DNA from: Octopus sinensis
Taxonomy: Eukaryota
DNA: 64,000 nucleotides
Assembly (NCBI RefSeq): GCF_006345805.1
Contig: NC_043013.1
Span: 2,294,001 to 2,358,000, forward strand
Reading direction: 5' to 3'
Shown: positions 1-12,462 of the stretch, piece after piece
Layout of the letters: every line of letters starts with the position of its first letter
Numbering within the stretch: the stretch's first letter is position 1
The notes under the pieces: generated by a model
Seen by the model: the letters and a program-made list of their open reading frames with translations, nothing else
Told to the model about the DNA's origin: nothing
Database searches by the model: none
Translations under genes and position numbers: made by a program

Positions 1-676
1 TTGGCTTTGAGAATGTATCTTCGTACGTTAGCTAATTTATTAGGGTTCATTGCTGTATCCAAGTCTATATCTCTATTATTTTCCTTCCATATTTTATATG
101 TATGTGTTGTTGTATTTTCATTTTGTGGGTAGAGCATTGCTGTGAAGTATGCGTGTAAGATAGAAATGTATTCCTCACGTGTCCATTTACGTCTTTTGGG
201 TTTTAATTGCGGGACATGAGGTACAACGTCTGGCCCATTATTTTGACGGTCATCATTTTCGTAGGGTACCGGTCCGTTTATTTCTGTTGTCACATTATTT
301 CGCACGTGTAGTTTTTCGTACATTTTTTGTTGTAGGTTTAATGTACGTACCGCTTGATTGTTATTCTTGGGTTGAATAGTATCGGTGGCATTTAATTTCT
401 TCGTAGTTCCTTTGTACATGGTGTTTGAGGTCGGGGATGATCGTGTTGTTCCACGCATGTTTACATGTGTTGTGTTAGAGGTGGAGATAATATCGAGTCA
501 AAATACATCATTTCGTTTCGAAAATAGTAATAAATTTCAATTCGTATTACTTACTCGGATATAGTCCAATTCTTTGTTAGTAAATCTTTGGCTCCATAGG
601 GTGTCCTTGTTTTCGATGTTTGTGGATAGATTTCGGAGCTCTGTATTTTCCTTCTTACATCTTAAACGTCCCCGGT

Positions 677-677
<1 letters not shown>
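1..677 (-). mobile_element. 5' portion of an R4/Dong-type non-LTR retrotransposon (continues beyond position 1)
   Basis: Minus-strand frame near 215-1 reads KTKRRKWTREEYISILHAYFTAMLYP...YKIWKENNRD...MNPNKLANVRRYILK, matching the RxKWT..E / IW..N / LA..RR N-terminal pattern of R4/Dong ORFs. It begins directly after a (TAA)n tract. Confidence 0.7.
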
Positions 678-725
<48 letters not shown>

Positions 726-726
726 C

Positions 727-780
<54 letters not shown>
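678..780. repeat. (TAA)n/(TGA)n microsatellite separating two Dong-type elements
   Basis: Direct reading of tat/cat trinucleotide run. Confidence 0.95.
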
Positions 781-781
<1 letters not shown>

Positions 782-1366
782 TATGTTTGACTTTTGCTTT
801 ATATTTGTACAAGTTGGCTCCAAGTCTCACCCAGAGACCTCAAGAGACAACAGGGTTGGAAGTTCATGTTGTTGTTATGCCTAGTGTGCCATATATTTAG
901 GGGGTGGGGATGTTGTACTAATGAATGTCTAAAAAAAAAAGGTTTTTTTTTTTTTTTTTAAACCGAAAATTATGTTTGTTTTAAACCTTGAGATTACATA
1001 GAGAGTATTTTGCGTAGGATATGAGCAGTTCCCATGAGCACTATCTTTTGAACTTCTGCCATTTTTGGGTTTCCTGGTATCTGAGTTAGGTAGCTATCAG
1101 CCCCTTTTGCTATCATTCCCAGGGCACCTATGACAACAGGTATTGTTTTAGTCTTCAGCTTCCACATTTTGCTGATTTCTATTTCAAGATCTTTATATTT
1201 GCTCAGTTTTTGGTAGGTCTTGACAGATACGTTTATATCGATTGGGACAGTCATATCAATGAGGAGGCATGTTCTTTGTATGAAGTCTTTCGATATGATG
1301 TCTGGCCTATTTGCATCTATCTTCCTGTCAGTTTGAATGGTGAAGTTCCAGAGGAGTGAGATGTGG

Positions 1367-1368
<2 letters not shown>
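781..1368 (-). mobile_element. 5'-truncated R4/Dong-type element: restriction-like endonuclease C-terminus plus 3' UTR
   Basis: ORF 994..1557 after the poly-N artefact: LLWNFTIQTDRKIDANRPDII...LIDMTVP...K..KYKDLEIEI...IPVVIGALG, the PD-(D/E)xK RLE motif. Stop at 994, about 210 bp of 3' UTR, then (TAA)n. Confidence 0.85.
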
Positions 1369-1433
<65 letters not shown>

Positions 1434-1462
1434 TACTATTATTATTATTACTATTATTTTTA

Positions 1463-1520
<58 letters not shown>
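1369..1520. repeat. (TAA)n microsatellite
   Basis: Direct reading. Confidence 0.95.
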
Positions 1521-1521
<1 letters not shown>

Positions 1522-1943
1522 GTGAACAACTGTGAAAATATGTTTCCACACTTTCATGATCCAAATATCACAGTTATAAATAAATAAAAATAGAACTATT
1601 TCTTGCTGAAAGGGAAGAGTGGAGTAGCAGAATCAATAAATTGTGTCATACAAGAGCAGATTAGCACCATTGGATACTAAAGGAGTCACTTGAATTGCAG
1701 GAAATAGCTGTTAAATCACCCCCAAATTATACCCTATCATCTTAAAAATTCAAAAGATAGCGTGGATTATGTAGTCCTAAAGAGATTAGGTTTGAATATG
1801 ATTAGATCTGGAATATTTAAGATCATAGATCTGATTGATTAAAGACTGATCTCTACAGATTGTAATACATGTAATAATTGCCACTCACGTTAAACAATTT
1901 GTCACAATCTCTCACAATGTCTAATATCAGCCACTTTTGAATT

Positions 1944-2112
1944 ACAGCTGGATTATGGTAATATCCTCACTAAATATTGCAGAGAGTGGTTGATACTTTG
2001 ACAGTTTGCTTTTCTTAACCTGACAAGCAGCAGAACCTGAGCTGGTAGTTGAAAACACCAAGTTGCCACTGGAGGTGTCGTAGCATGTGGCATCCCAGAT
2101 GGGGAGTCTACC
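1944..2112 (-). mobile_element. Decayed fragment of a CRE/NeSL-like RLE LINE endonuclease
   Basis: Frame reads LPIWDATCYDTSSGNLVFSTTSSGSAACQVKKSKLSKYQPLS, matching the WD.TC.DT...GSAA...K..KY..L pattern of CRE-like elements. Confidence 0.5.
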
Positions 2113-2225
2113 ACCAAGAACAGGAAAATTGTCATATTAGCTAGAATATCCCTCTGGCAAGGTTATAGAATTAATATCACTAAAAAAAAGTAGAAATCCA
2201 TCTTTATCTGTAACTGCCACAACAA

Positions 2226-2724
2226 GATTGATTGATTGATTGATTGATTCTAGTTTCAGCTCACGAGCTGTGGCCATGCTGGGGCACCACCATTTGGTGT
2301 TGCTACATGGTTTTACTTCACAAATGCTTTTTAGCAACTGCCATTTGGTGCATGAGAGAGTTCGACGCAGCTGCCCTCATCTGCACCTCCTGCCATGAAG
2401 TTGGTTCATCTGGGATACCTGAGAAGAAGAGATCCAGTTTCCTTTTAAAGACATCTGCATCCACCCCATGCAGGTCGCTTAGGTTCTTTGGGAGGATATT
2501 GAAGAGCTGTGGGCCTCGGAAGCCCAGGCTATCACAGTATCTTGTCCTACATCTTGATGGCAAATTTGGAGTCCTTGGCACCACGCAGTGGCGCCCAGTT
2601 CTGGCATTTGTGTAACTCTCGATGCCAAAGTTTGGGACAAGTCCCTCCAGGATCTTCCAGATGTATATTATGGCATATCTTTCTTGCCTACGCTCCAAGG
2701 AATAGAGTTTTAATCTCTTGAGTC
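2226..2724 (-). mobile_element. 3' end of a CR1/L2-group LINE with (AATC)n tail
   Basis: ORF 2318..2698 (L)ERRQERYAIIYIWKILEGLVPN...LGFRGPQLFNILPK...FKRKLD is the typical post-RT C-terminus, followed by a short 3' UTR, a stem-loop and AATC repeats at 2226-2250. Confidence 0.85.
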
Positions 2725-2782
2725 TTATATTTATTTACATATATCAAAAAAGAAAAATAAATATTTAATTACATAAATCAGT

Positions 2783-3117
2783 GAAGGCATATGGCTCGGT
2801 GGTAAGAGCACCAGGCCCACAATCATGAGGTTGTGAGTTTGATTCCTGAACTGGGCTGTGTTGTGTTCCTGAACGAGACATTTTATTTCACATTGGTCAA
2901 GTTCACTCAGCTGCAGAAATGAGTTGCCAAGTCACTGGTGCCAAGCTGTATCGGCCTTCGCCCATCCCTTGGATAACATTGGTAGCATGGAGATGGGAGG
3001 CTGGTATACATGGGTGACTGCTGGTCTTCCATAAACAACATTGCTCAGACTTGTGCTTGGGAGGGGAACTTCCTAAGTGCAATCCCATGGTCATTCATGA
3101 CCAAAAGGGGTCTTTAC
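2783..3117 (+). mobile_element. tRNA-derived SINE with CORE-like centre and a distinct 3' tail
   Basis: A-box-like TGGCTCGGTGGTAAG, B-box-like GAGTTTGATTCC, CORE-like tgtgttcctgaacgagacattttatttcac...cagctgcagaaatgagt, tail ending ggtcattcatgaccaaaaggggtctttac. Confidence 0.75.
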
Positions 3118-3723
3118 TGTTTTACATATATCAGCATCATCAGCTTCATCATAATCATTGTTTAACATCTACTTTTCCATGTTTACATGGGTCAGATGGA
3201 ATTCACCTAGTCGGATTTTCTATGGTTGGATACCCTTTCTGCTAACAATCCTCATCATCTGATTCCAATCAACGTAATATTTCCCAATAGAAAGGCTGTG
3301 AGCTGACAGAATTGTTACCATGCCAACCAAAATGATTAGCAGCATTTCATCCATCTTCTCATTCTGACTTCAAATTCCGCCAAGGTTGACTTTGCCTTTG
3401 ATCTTTTCGTAGTCAATGAAATAAATACCAGCTGAACACTGGGGGGGGGGGGTCGATGTAATCAACTTACTCCCTCCCCTGAACTTGTTGGCATTCTGCC
3501 AAAATTTGAAACCAATATTTCTGGGGAAAGACTGGAAACAAACAACATTACTTGTATGAAGCTGATGTGTATATATTATCAATACAATGCCAGACAAAGG
3601 TATACACACACACATGACAGGCTTTAGTCAGTCCGGTATATAGTAGAAGACAAACTCCCAAGATGCTTTGCAGTGGGACTAAGCCCAACCCTACATGGTT
3701 TGGCAGTCTGTCCCTATAATGTG

Positions 3724-3765
<42 letters not shown>

Positions 3766-4125
3766 TGCTTCTGAAAAGGCAACAAAATGATGCATATAAG
3801 TGTAGGCTTAAGAAATTGTAAGAATATGCTTTTTGTAAGAATACATAAGAATATGTAAGAATAGCATCCATATTCCTTGCAATTGAACTTGGTGTCATGT
3901 AAAAAGCACTGGTGATGGAGCCACATAAAAAGCACCCAGTACATTCTATAAAATGGTTGGTATTAGGAAGGGCATCCAGCCCCTGACCATGCCAGTTTTT
4001 GTCAAGTTGTCTAACCCATGGCAACATGGAAAAACAGACGTTAAATAATAATGATGATGATGATGATGATGATGATTCTCCTCCTCCTCTAACAGGTGCT
4101 GCAAAAATATGATATCTTCATTTAC

Positions 4126-4251
4126 CTTAGTTTCTGAAATCCAAGAAATTAGAGTTGACTCCAAGAGATATTTCATTGCTGGATATCTTTGTGAGTTTAT
4201 AACTGCAGGATCCAAGAGCTCTGTTAATGGCTGAACCAACACTATTTCTCC
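4126..4251 (-). CDS. Dynein heavy chain N-terminal exon (phase 0 to 0)
   Basis: ttttag|GGA...AAG|gtaaat; 126 nt; GEIVLVQPLTELLDPAVINSQRYPAMKYLLESTLISWISETK aligns with the GKTLLPLP...YAIESAVIKW segment of DNAH9-type chains (from memory). Confidence 0.75.
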
Positions 4252-7143
4252 CTAAAATTAGAGATATCAATCAAAATAATCACCTCAGTTTTCATTAATA
4301 TATTCTCTAATCAACATGTACATCTAATCATTACACAAACATGTATTCTCTAAATGCTTATTATAATTTGATACAACTTTAAAAGTCTTTATTTGTCAAT
4401 ATATGCGTGCATGTGTGTGTGTGTCTGTGTGTATGCAGCACTGGGTTAACCATTAAGCAAAATAAACATGTGCTTAGAGCATCAAGGGAAGGGGAGGGGG
4501 CACCACAGAAATGGTAAATGGTCTACAGCACAAAAGAAATCTCTTCAAACTTGCAAAAATAATAATATTCGATGTGGTTTTATATGATCAGAAATCTAAT
4601 TTCGAAGTGTTCATAGTGTCAAACTAAAACATTATTTTTCATATTTCTGTTGTTTTTTGTTTCATTCTGAAAAATTCTTTGTTTATATTTTGAATTACAT
4701 AAGGGAGTAGCAAAATCTTTTTTAAGTGCTTAGGACCTCTATGGCTCTTAATCCAGCCCTCTGTGTATGTATGGCCTTTGGTCTTACAAACTTCAGTTGA
4801 TGAATGAAGGATTACGACAGTGCTTTCATCCGTAATATTACAAATCCTGAGACAATTATCGAATATATTAGTTCCAAAATAGAGAATATGCAGGTATAAT
4901 GAAAATACCTCACAGAGTGACAATCATGCTCTGCGTAGTCATGGGCTGCCCTTTGGGAAGGCATAGGCACCTGTTCAGCCACCCTACCAGGATAAGGTGA
5001 TGTCATGGGACTACAGCATGGTGAATTGTGAATAGGTAGCAGAAGAGCTCAACTGAGCCAACATTGCTTCTTACATTGATGCTGAGGAATCCTAGAAAAT
5101 CAGTGGTCAAGATTATCAAGCTCCATCAAGAAAGTGACTGCAACTCATCCATTGGGATGGCATCCATGGGTGGGTTGATGGCATCCACGGGTGGGGGGCA
5201 TCCATGGTAGTGTTAACAGCTAATGAAAGAGTCGCTTTCACTCAAGCTCCCAATTCAAATTCATAATAATGGAACTGGATGGCAACAGGGAGTCGTTGGA
5301 AAGCACAAAAGCAGCGAAAAAGTTCCAAACCTAAGTAAATCACAAATAGTGATTCTCCTTAAAAATATGTGATGCTATGTTCTTCGTCAGTTATAAAAAA
5401 AAATTGGATTTTTTTTTTACATAACTACTTCACATCAGATATAAAAGAGAAGTGAAATATAACTTTTTAATAACTTTTTAGAGGAAAGATACCACTCATG
5501 CCTTTTTGAATGTTTGCAGCGCCTCAGAGATTGGTGAGAAGTCTCCTCTGATTGGAGACCTTGACCGAATGCTTGCAATAAAGAGTACCCAGTTAAGGGC
5601 ACTCTAGGACAGGGCGGTGGTGTTAAGCATTTTCTTACCATATTTCTGTTGATATACTCTACCTTTATTACAACTGTTTTGAAAAATATGAAGAATTCAT
5701 GAAAATGACTTTGCCAAAATTAAGTTGGTGCTTGGAACATAAATTGGCAAGGAATTTTGGCAAAAGGTTTTAACTTAGATCCACTTTCAATTAGAAAATT
5801 TGTATCATAGAAGCAAGGGCAATATCAGGTGGTTTGATACAAAAAGGATTAAACTGAGAGGTGGATTAAGTCAACCACCCAAGATCAAGAATAATCTGCC
5901 TCCCAGAAGGATTCCACACAGTTTCTGTCACCAGGATTTGGTCAACAGACTTGTGGAAGACAATGCTTGCCCAAGCTTGCATGCAATGGAATTGATCTCA
6001 AAATCATTTAGTTATGAAACTAACTTCATAACTACACAGCTATGTCTGATCATAATTGTCTCAAGTGCATCCGTTGACAGTGAAGGGAAATAACTGCATC
6101 TACATGCGCAGGTCACCAGAAAATATGACATTTGAGAAGAATAAAAATTTGAAAATTAATTCCCAGAAAAGAAACGATTTTGTTTTCAAATAAAGGATAA
6201 ACCAGCTTTGCAGGTTTATGAGTCTCAAGTTTTATCAAACTCTTTATCATTGATTTTATCACAGCGACAGAACTGAATTACTTTCCTCTATATATGGACA
6301 ATGTAAGAGACATTATCATGTCTGAGACCAAATACTATAATGTATTGGGCCACATACCTTTACATTCAGAGTTCAATTCCTTCTCAAGTTGACCATGTCA
6401 ATAAAATAAATCATAAAGTACTGCCCTTGAACACAGGTACTCCATGAGGGTCATATTCCAATGATTGAACCAGAAATACAATGAAAGAATACTAAAATAT
6501 ATTTTAGTCTTCATTTTTAACAAAAGTCACCTGTACTTGTGCAGAAACATATTTATCAACTCTTTTAGTTTTCAAAATTATACTATGACAAATATTTTTC
6601 TGGATAACAACTTTTCTCCAAAAGTCTTTCTCAACTAAATTGTTTGATTCCAATATTTTACAATAATCCAATAAACTCTATGTTTCGTTACAAGAATTCC
6701 ATCATAGCCATTAATTTTAACTTAGTTTGAACCAGTAACTCTAAAGTACATCTATTTTTTTAACCTGAGTTTCACAAGTCTGATTACTAAATGTATCCTG
6801 TCATCACCCTCTGATATATTTGGTTGTTAAAATAATTATTTTGTCACAATATGTTTGGTAAGATAAAATGAAATGTGTTTTAGTTTTCTTCTGGAGGCTG
6901 AATTCTTTTAGAGGAAGTTAGATGAGAATTTTGTCAGTCAATCTTTCCCAAGTATACTGAAAATGGCTTAACCTGTTCACATTCCAGTCCAAATATTCTA
7001 CTTCTTTTATGGTCAAAATGCCTAGAACTAGCTTTTTGCACCTACCCGACAATGTCATTCTAATAATAAACAGTCACATCATTAAAATCTTGTAGCTATG
7101 AGATAATGCACAATTAATTTAAAAAATGTAAATAAATGTAAAT

Positions 7144-7304
7144 AGGTGCAGGCATGGTCGTGCGGTAAGAAGTTTGCTTCCCAACCACATGGTTCCAGGT
7201 TCAGTCCCACTGTCTGGCACCTTGGGCAAGTGTCTTCTACTATAGCCCCAAGCTGACCAAAGCCTGATGAGTAGATTTGGTCGATGAAAACTGAAAGAAG
7301 CCCA

Positions 7305-7348
<44 letters not shown>

Positions 7349-7562
7349 TGCCCCTACTACTGCTTGACAACTTGACAACTAGTGTTGGTGTGTTTGCATC
7401 CCTGTAACTTAGCAGTTCAGCAAAAGAGACCAATAGAATAAGTAACAAGCTTAAAAAAAAAAAAGTCCTGGGGTCAATTTGTTTGACTAAAATCTTTCAT
7501 GGCAGTGCCCCAGCATGGCGACAGTGAAATGACGGAAGCAAGTAAAAGAAAGTAAAAGAAAT
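7144..7562 (+). mobile_element. Full-length CORE-type SINE with internal (GT)n (family A)
   Basis: tRNA-like head, ggcaccttgggcaagtgtcttctactatag core, internal GT microsatellite, tail gtgccccagcatggcgacagtgaaatgac; more than 10 copies in the window. Confidence 0.85.
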
Positions 7563-7711
7563 AAGCATTACATCTGACAGAATAATCCGAATGCTAAAAG
7601 GTTAAAAGGATTCAAAACAACAATCGTTTCTAGAATCAGAGTTAAATAATAATTGCAATAACTGAAATCTGGATACAGTGCCAACACAACAAAACTTCCT
7701 TCCTCTTGTAC

Positions 7712-7992
7712 TAGCCATTTTTAAATTGGCCTCCATGCCGGTAGCACGTAAAAAGCACCATCCGAGCGTGGCCGTTGCCAGCCTCACCTGGCCTACATGC
7801 CGGTGGCACGTAAAAAGCACCCACTACACTCGCGTAGTGTTTGGCGTTAGGAAGGGCATCCAGCTGTAGAAACACTGCCAGATCAGACTGGGCCTGGTGC
7901 AGCCTCCTGGCTTCCCAGACCCCAGTGGAACCGTCCAACCCATGCTAGCATGGAAAGCAGACGTTTAACGATGATGATGATGATGATGATTA
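7712..7992 (+). mobile_element. Interspersed SINE-like repeat with GGAAGGGCATCCAGC core and (GAT)n tail (family C)
   Basis: Same core and ccaacccatgctagcatggaaa + GAT tail at about 3890, 8845(-), 15460, 17280, 17900, 25200, 39050 and 63225. Confidence 0.8.
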
Positions 7993-7993
7993 C

Positions 7994-8187
7994 CTTAGTC
8001 ATTTTGTCTGCAACTTCAACAGAATAGAATAAACTGTGCAGAACATTGAGTATTTTGTTGCTTTCTTGGTTTGTTGTCTTTGAAAGAACTATATTACTGC
8101 AGATGAACGGTAGAAATATTTCTTTGATTTCCAAACATAGGTGCTCCATTGGAAGAGGAAGACAATCAAAATACAGGATTTCATCAT
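7994..8187 (-). CDS. Dynein heavy chain N-terminal exon (phase 1 to 0)
   Basis: ttttcacag|AT...AAG|gtaatc; 194 nt; DEILYFDCLPLPMEHLCLEIKEIFLPFICSN...VLHSLFYSVEVADKMTK matches the GDL...PLEHL...EVVLPVLAN...HSL...VK pattern. Confidence 0.78.
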
Positions 8188-10159
8188 CTGTGAAAAATAT
8201 ATATATTGTTTTAAAATATGTAAGAAATATGTTATTAAGGACAGAAAGAATATTAGTTCAAAATAATAATTGGTAAATCATACTTAAAGCAGATACATCA
8301 TTGAAACTCTTTTAAACTGTGCTATTTTTCTCAAGTAAGTATCTCCTCTAGACATATTGTATTAAAAGCACAAAAAACACTGCTGGACAATTTTTGCTAC
8401 TGATACATTCCTGTTTTTTTTAATACTATATGTCTATAAGAGATGCTTTTTCAAGATGAATACTGCATTTTATATACTCTCCAGCCATGTCTACTTTAAC
8501 CCTTTAGCATTTAAACTGGTCATATTCAACCCCTAATGTTCAAACTAGCCAGATCCAGCCTCCTACACCCACCTAACAATGTCATTTTAAAAATAAACAA
8601 TCACATCATCGAAATCTCAAAGATGTGAATTAATGCAGGATTAATTGAAACAATGTGAATAAATAAACATTACATTCAAGAGAGAAAGAATTAACCAGGA
8701 TACAAAGATGACTATGTAAGGAATGTTTTCATTGGGGCTGGAGTTTCTGTATTATAATAGATGTATGGTATACTGCTAAACAAATTTGGTTTGTTATTCA
8801 ATTAAAATGTTATCAGAATGTACAAAACTAAATGTAATATTGAGATTATCATCATTATCATCGTTTAACGGCCGTTTTCCATGCTAGCATGGGTTGGACG
8901 GTTCGACTGGGGTCTGGGAAGCCAGGAGACTGCACCAGGCCCAGTATGATCTGGCAGTGTTTCTACAGCTGGATCCCCTTCCTAATGCCAACCACTCTGA
9001 GATATGAAATAAAAGTACATTTCACAACAAAGAATACTAGTTCAATTACAAGAATACAAATTTAATTATTGAATTTAATTGAGATCTTATAACAGCAGCT
9101 CTTAATATTTTTGATTTTGTGGGAGGTAAAGTGTTGTTGTAGTTTACACAGCTAGTTAAACAAAGATAATTATTTTAAATTTTAAAATTTAGAAGAAATC
9201 TATTTTCTATTTATATCAGTCACTGAACCGCAACCATGATGGTGCATCATCTTGAAGCATTTCAGTGGAATAAATCAATCCTGCTACCTTTTTTTCCTAA
9301 GTTTCATACACATTCTGTCAGTCTCTATTGTTAAACTGTTAAGTTGTGGGTATGAAAGCAAACCAATACCTGTTGTCAAGCAGCAGAGGAAGAACACATA
9401 CACAAACACACACATATATACACATATATATGTACACAGATACATACACATATATAGATTCAGCTGTTTTCCACACAGTTTCTATCAATCAAATTCACTC
9501 CAATGGCATTGATTGGTTGAAGGTTGCAAGGAGACACAGTGGGATTGAACCAAAAATCACATGGTTGCAAAGTGAACTTAACCACACAGCTATGCAGGCC
9601 CCTTATTGATAGAAATTGATTGGCAGGGGTGGTATTTGAACCCATGCTTCAGTCTGTAACTGTGGTCAGGCACCAACATTTTGTAGACATATAACAAAAT
9701 AACAAATAATATTTTTCAAGATTCTCAAGCATTATAAATTTACTAAAGCCTTAAATTATATAATTTTTTTTTACATTCTGAGTTCAAATCTTGTCAAGGT
9801 CACCTTTGCCTCTCATCCTTCTAGGGTCAATAAAATAAAGCACCAATCAAGTACTAGAGTTGGTTTAATCAACTACCCACTCCCCATAAACATGTGTCCT
9901 TGTACCTATGTAAGAAATCCTAATCATAAATTATTATCATTATGAAATACTTTTAGAAATAACTCCCAAAGCATTATCTGATATTGTTGTATTTTGGGAT
10001 GGCCATTTATTTATTTATTTTGCCAAATAAACACACACACTGTACATTCGTTCTTCACTCATTTATTACTGTTCTTATTCTTACTCAGGTTCATTTATGT
10101 TTTGGTTTATGTCTATCACTGTTTGAGTTGCATAACAGCAGTTTTATCTCTAATTTATA

Positions 10160-10410
<251 letters not shown>

Positions 10411-11740
10411 TGACAGGTTTCTTTCAGTTTCCATCTACCAAATCCACTCACATGGCTTTGGTTGACCTGAGGCTATAGTAGAAGTCATTTGCTCAAGGTA
10501 CCATGCAGTGGGAGGGAACCTAGAACCATATGGCAGGAAAGCCTGTGCCTATGACAGTGCATGATTAATTTAAAACAATATGTTGAAATAAGCATCAGAT
10601 TTCACAGAATAATCTGAATGCTAAAGGATTAAAGGGGATTCATGATTAACAACTAAATGATCCTAATTTCAGTTCGTATTAGAATATCTCGCTTACCTAA
10701 TCCCAATATTCCTTTGATCAAGTTTATGATTATGCCTGAGCTCAAAGTTAATCAAAATTAAGATAAGCCATTTACTGACAAGGATTAACAGGATTAGAGT
10801 TATGCTACTTTACATTATGATGCAAGTTTGCATATTCAATTTCATATGCACAATATGAAGTATTTCACATGTTGTGTGGTGCAATGCATAATTAGCAGAG
10901 GAAAACATTTATTCTTTCCGTGCAGTAGCAGTGATGGAGTTTCAGGATGATACACAAAATACATTGTAGCATATAATTATGCTCCTTTATAATCTGAAAG
11001 CAAATTCTCTGATGGTCAACATGATTTTTCATCAACTCTTTTGGGTTGATAAATGAGTAGAAAGTTTATATATGAGTATGGTGTTAATAACACTGTGTAG
11101 CAAAGTTTTTATGTTTTTTTTTTTTTCTTGTCTTTGGTCAGTAAGTGTTATTTCCTATTTGTTTCTATCCAGAAATCAAAGGAAATGACTTTTATTCCTT
11201 TGAAATTTTGCTTTTGTTACCTGAACATAACTGTTTTGAAACTTACCTGTCTTCAATTACGTTTCAAACTGATTCAGCTCTGAGTTGCTAAAGAAGAAAC
11301 ACCATTATAGCAAATATTCTGCTTAATATTTTGCTTGTCAGTTGCTTGACCGTAACCACTTAGTGGCTGACAATACATGCATCTCTGATCATGAGCAGGA
11401 GTGGTGGGGGAGCATCATGAGAGGATGATCCCCTGGAGTTTGAATAAATATGACAAAAGCAAAACTTGAAAGAAATATTAACAATTCTTCATGCTTTCTT
11501 GGGTTAAGCAAATAGGAAATAACTGTTGCTACCCAAGGACAAAAATCATGTTACACAGTGTAATGACTAACGGCTGATGAATGTGGATGGGGTCGATTAA
11601 TGAGTAAAGACTGAAGAGGATATGCTAATAAAAGAGGAGAGATTTGATAAATGGGTGTTGAGATTGGTAAATGAGTACTGAGTTTATACATAGGTATGAT
11701 GTTGGTAAATGAGCATGAGGTTGGTGAATGAATGTGTACA

Positions 11741-11972
11741 AGGTGGTGAGCTGGCAGAACCATTAGCACGCTAGGCGAAATGCGTAGCCGTATTTCATCT
11801 GCCGTTACGTTTTGAGTTCAAATTCGGCCGAGGTCGACTTTGCCTTTCATCCTTTCGGGGTCGATAAATTAAGTACCAGTTGCACACTGGGGTTGATGTA
11901 ATCGACTTAATCCGTTTGTCTGTCCTTGTTCGTCCCCTCTATGTTTATCCCCTTGTGGGTAATAAAGAAACA
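11741..11972 (+). mobile_element. tRNA-derived SINE (family B, Meta-domain-like core) with 15-bp target site duplication
   Basis: B-box GAGTTCAAATTC, core gcctttcatcctttcggggtcgataaattaagtaccag; TSD gaatgaatgtgtaca at 11726-11740 and 11973-11987. Confidence 0.88.
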
Positions 11973-12462
11973 GAATGAATGTGTACAGATATAGTAAATG
12001 AATGTAGGGTTGATAAATGAATGTGAGCGTGATGAATGAATATAAGAATGATGAGTGGTGAGGTGAGAAATGAGTGAGAGGTTTAGATATGAGTATTGGC
12101 AGGATAAATAAATCTGGGATTGATGAGTGAGAATGAGGTTGATGGTAAAAATGCATGCCTTCCTCACTGCTGCAATCCACTCAGCTGACAAAAATGATTA
12201 ATACCTGTAATTCAAAAGGCCAGCCTTGTTGCATTCTGTGTCACACTGAGTCTTCCTGAGAATTACATTAAGGCTATGCATGTCTGTGAAGTGCTCAACC
12301 ACTTGTACATTAATTTCACAAGCAGGCTGTTCCATTGATCAGACCAACTGGTACCCTCATTGTCACAGCCAATGGAATGCCAGTTTTTTAAAAATAAGGT
12401 TGATAAATGGGTACCAAGTTGATAAGTAAGGGGTTGATAAAATCAAATGCTTCCAGTATTTA

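Noticed and set aside
537-1587. Poly-Ile/Asn/Tyr/Leu ORFs
   Set aside because: Translations of TAA microsatellites; only the RLE portion is real coding relic
1889-2019. Candidate next dynein exon (good acceptor and GTGAGT donor)
   Set aside because: The required phase-0 frame hits TAA at about 1944, and the frame matches a CRE-like TE motif better
4804-5610. Plus-strand nested gene (MKDYDSAF..., ...GDLDRMLAIKSTQLRAL*)
   Set aside because: Splice phases are not compatible and no homology was recognised; probably antisense shadows
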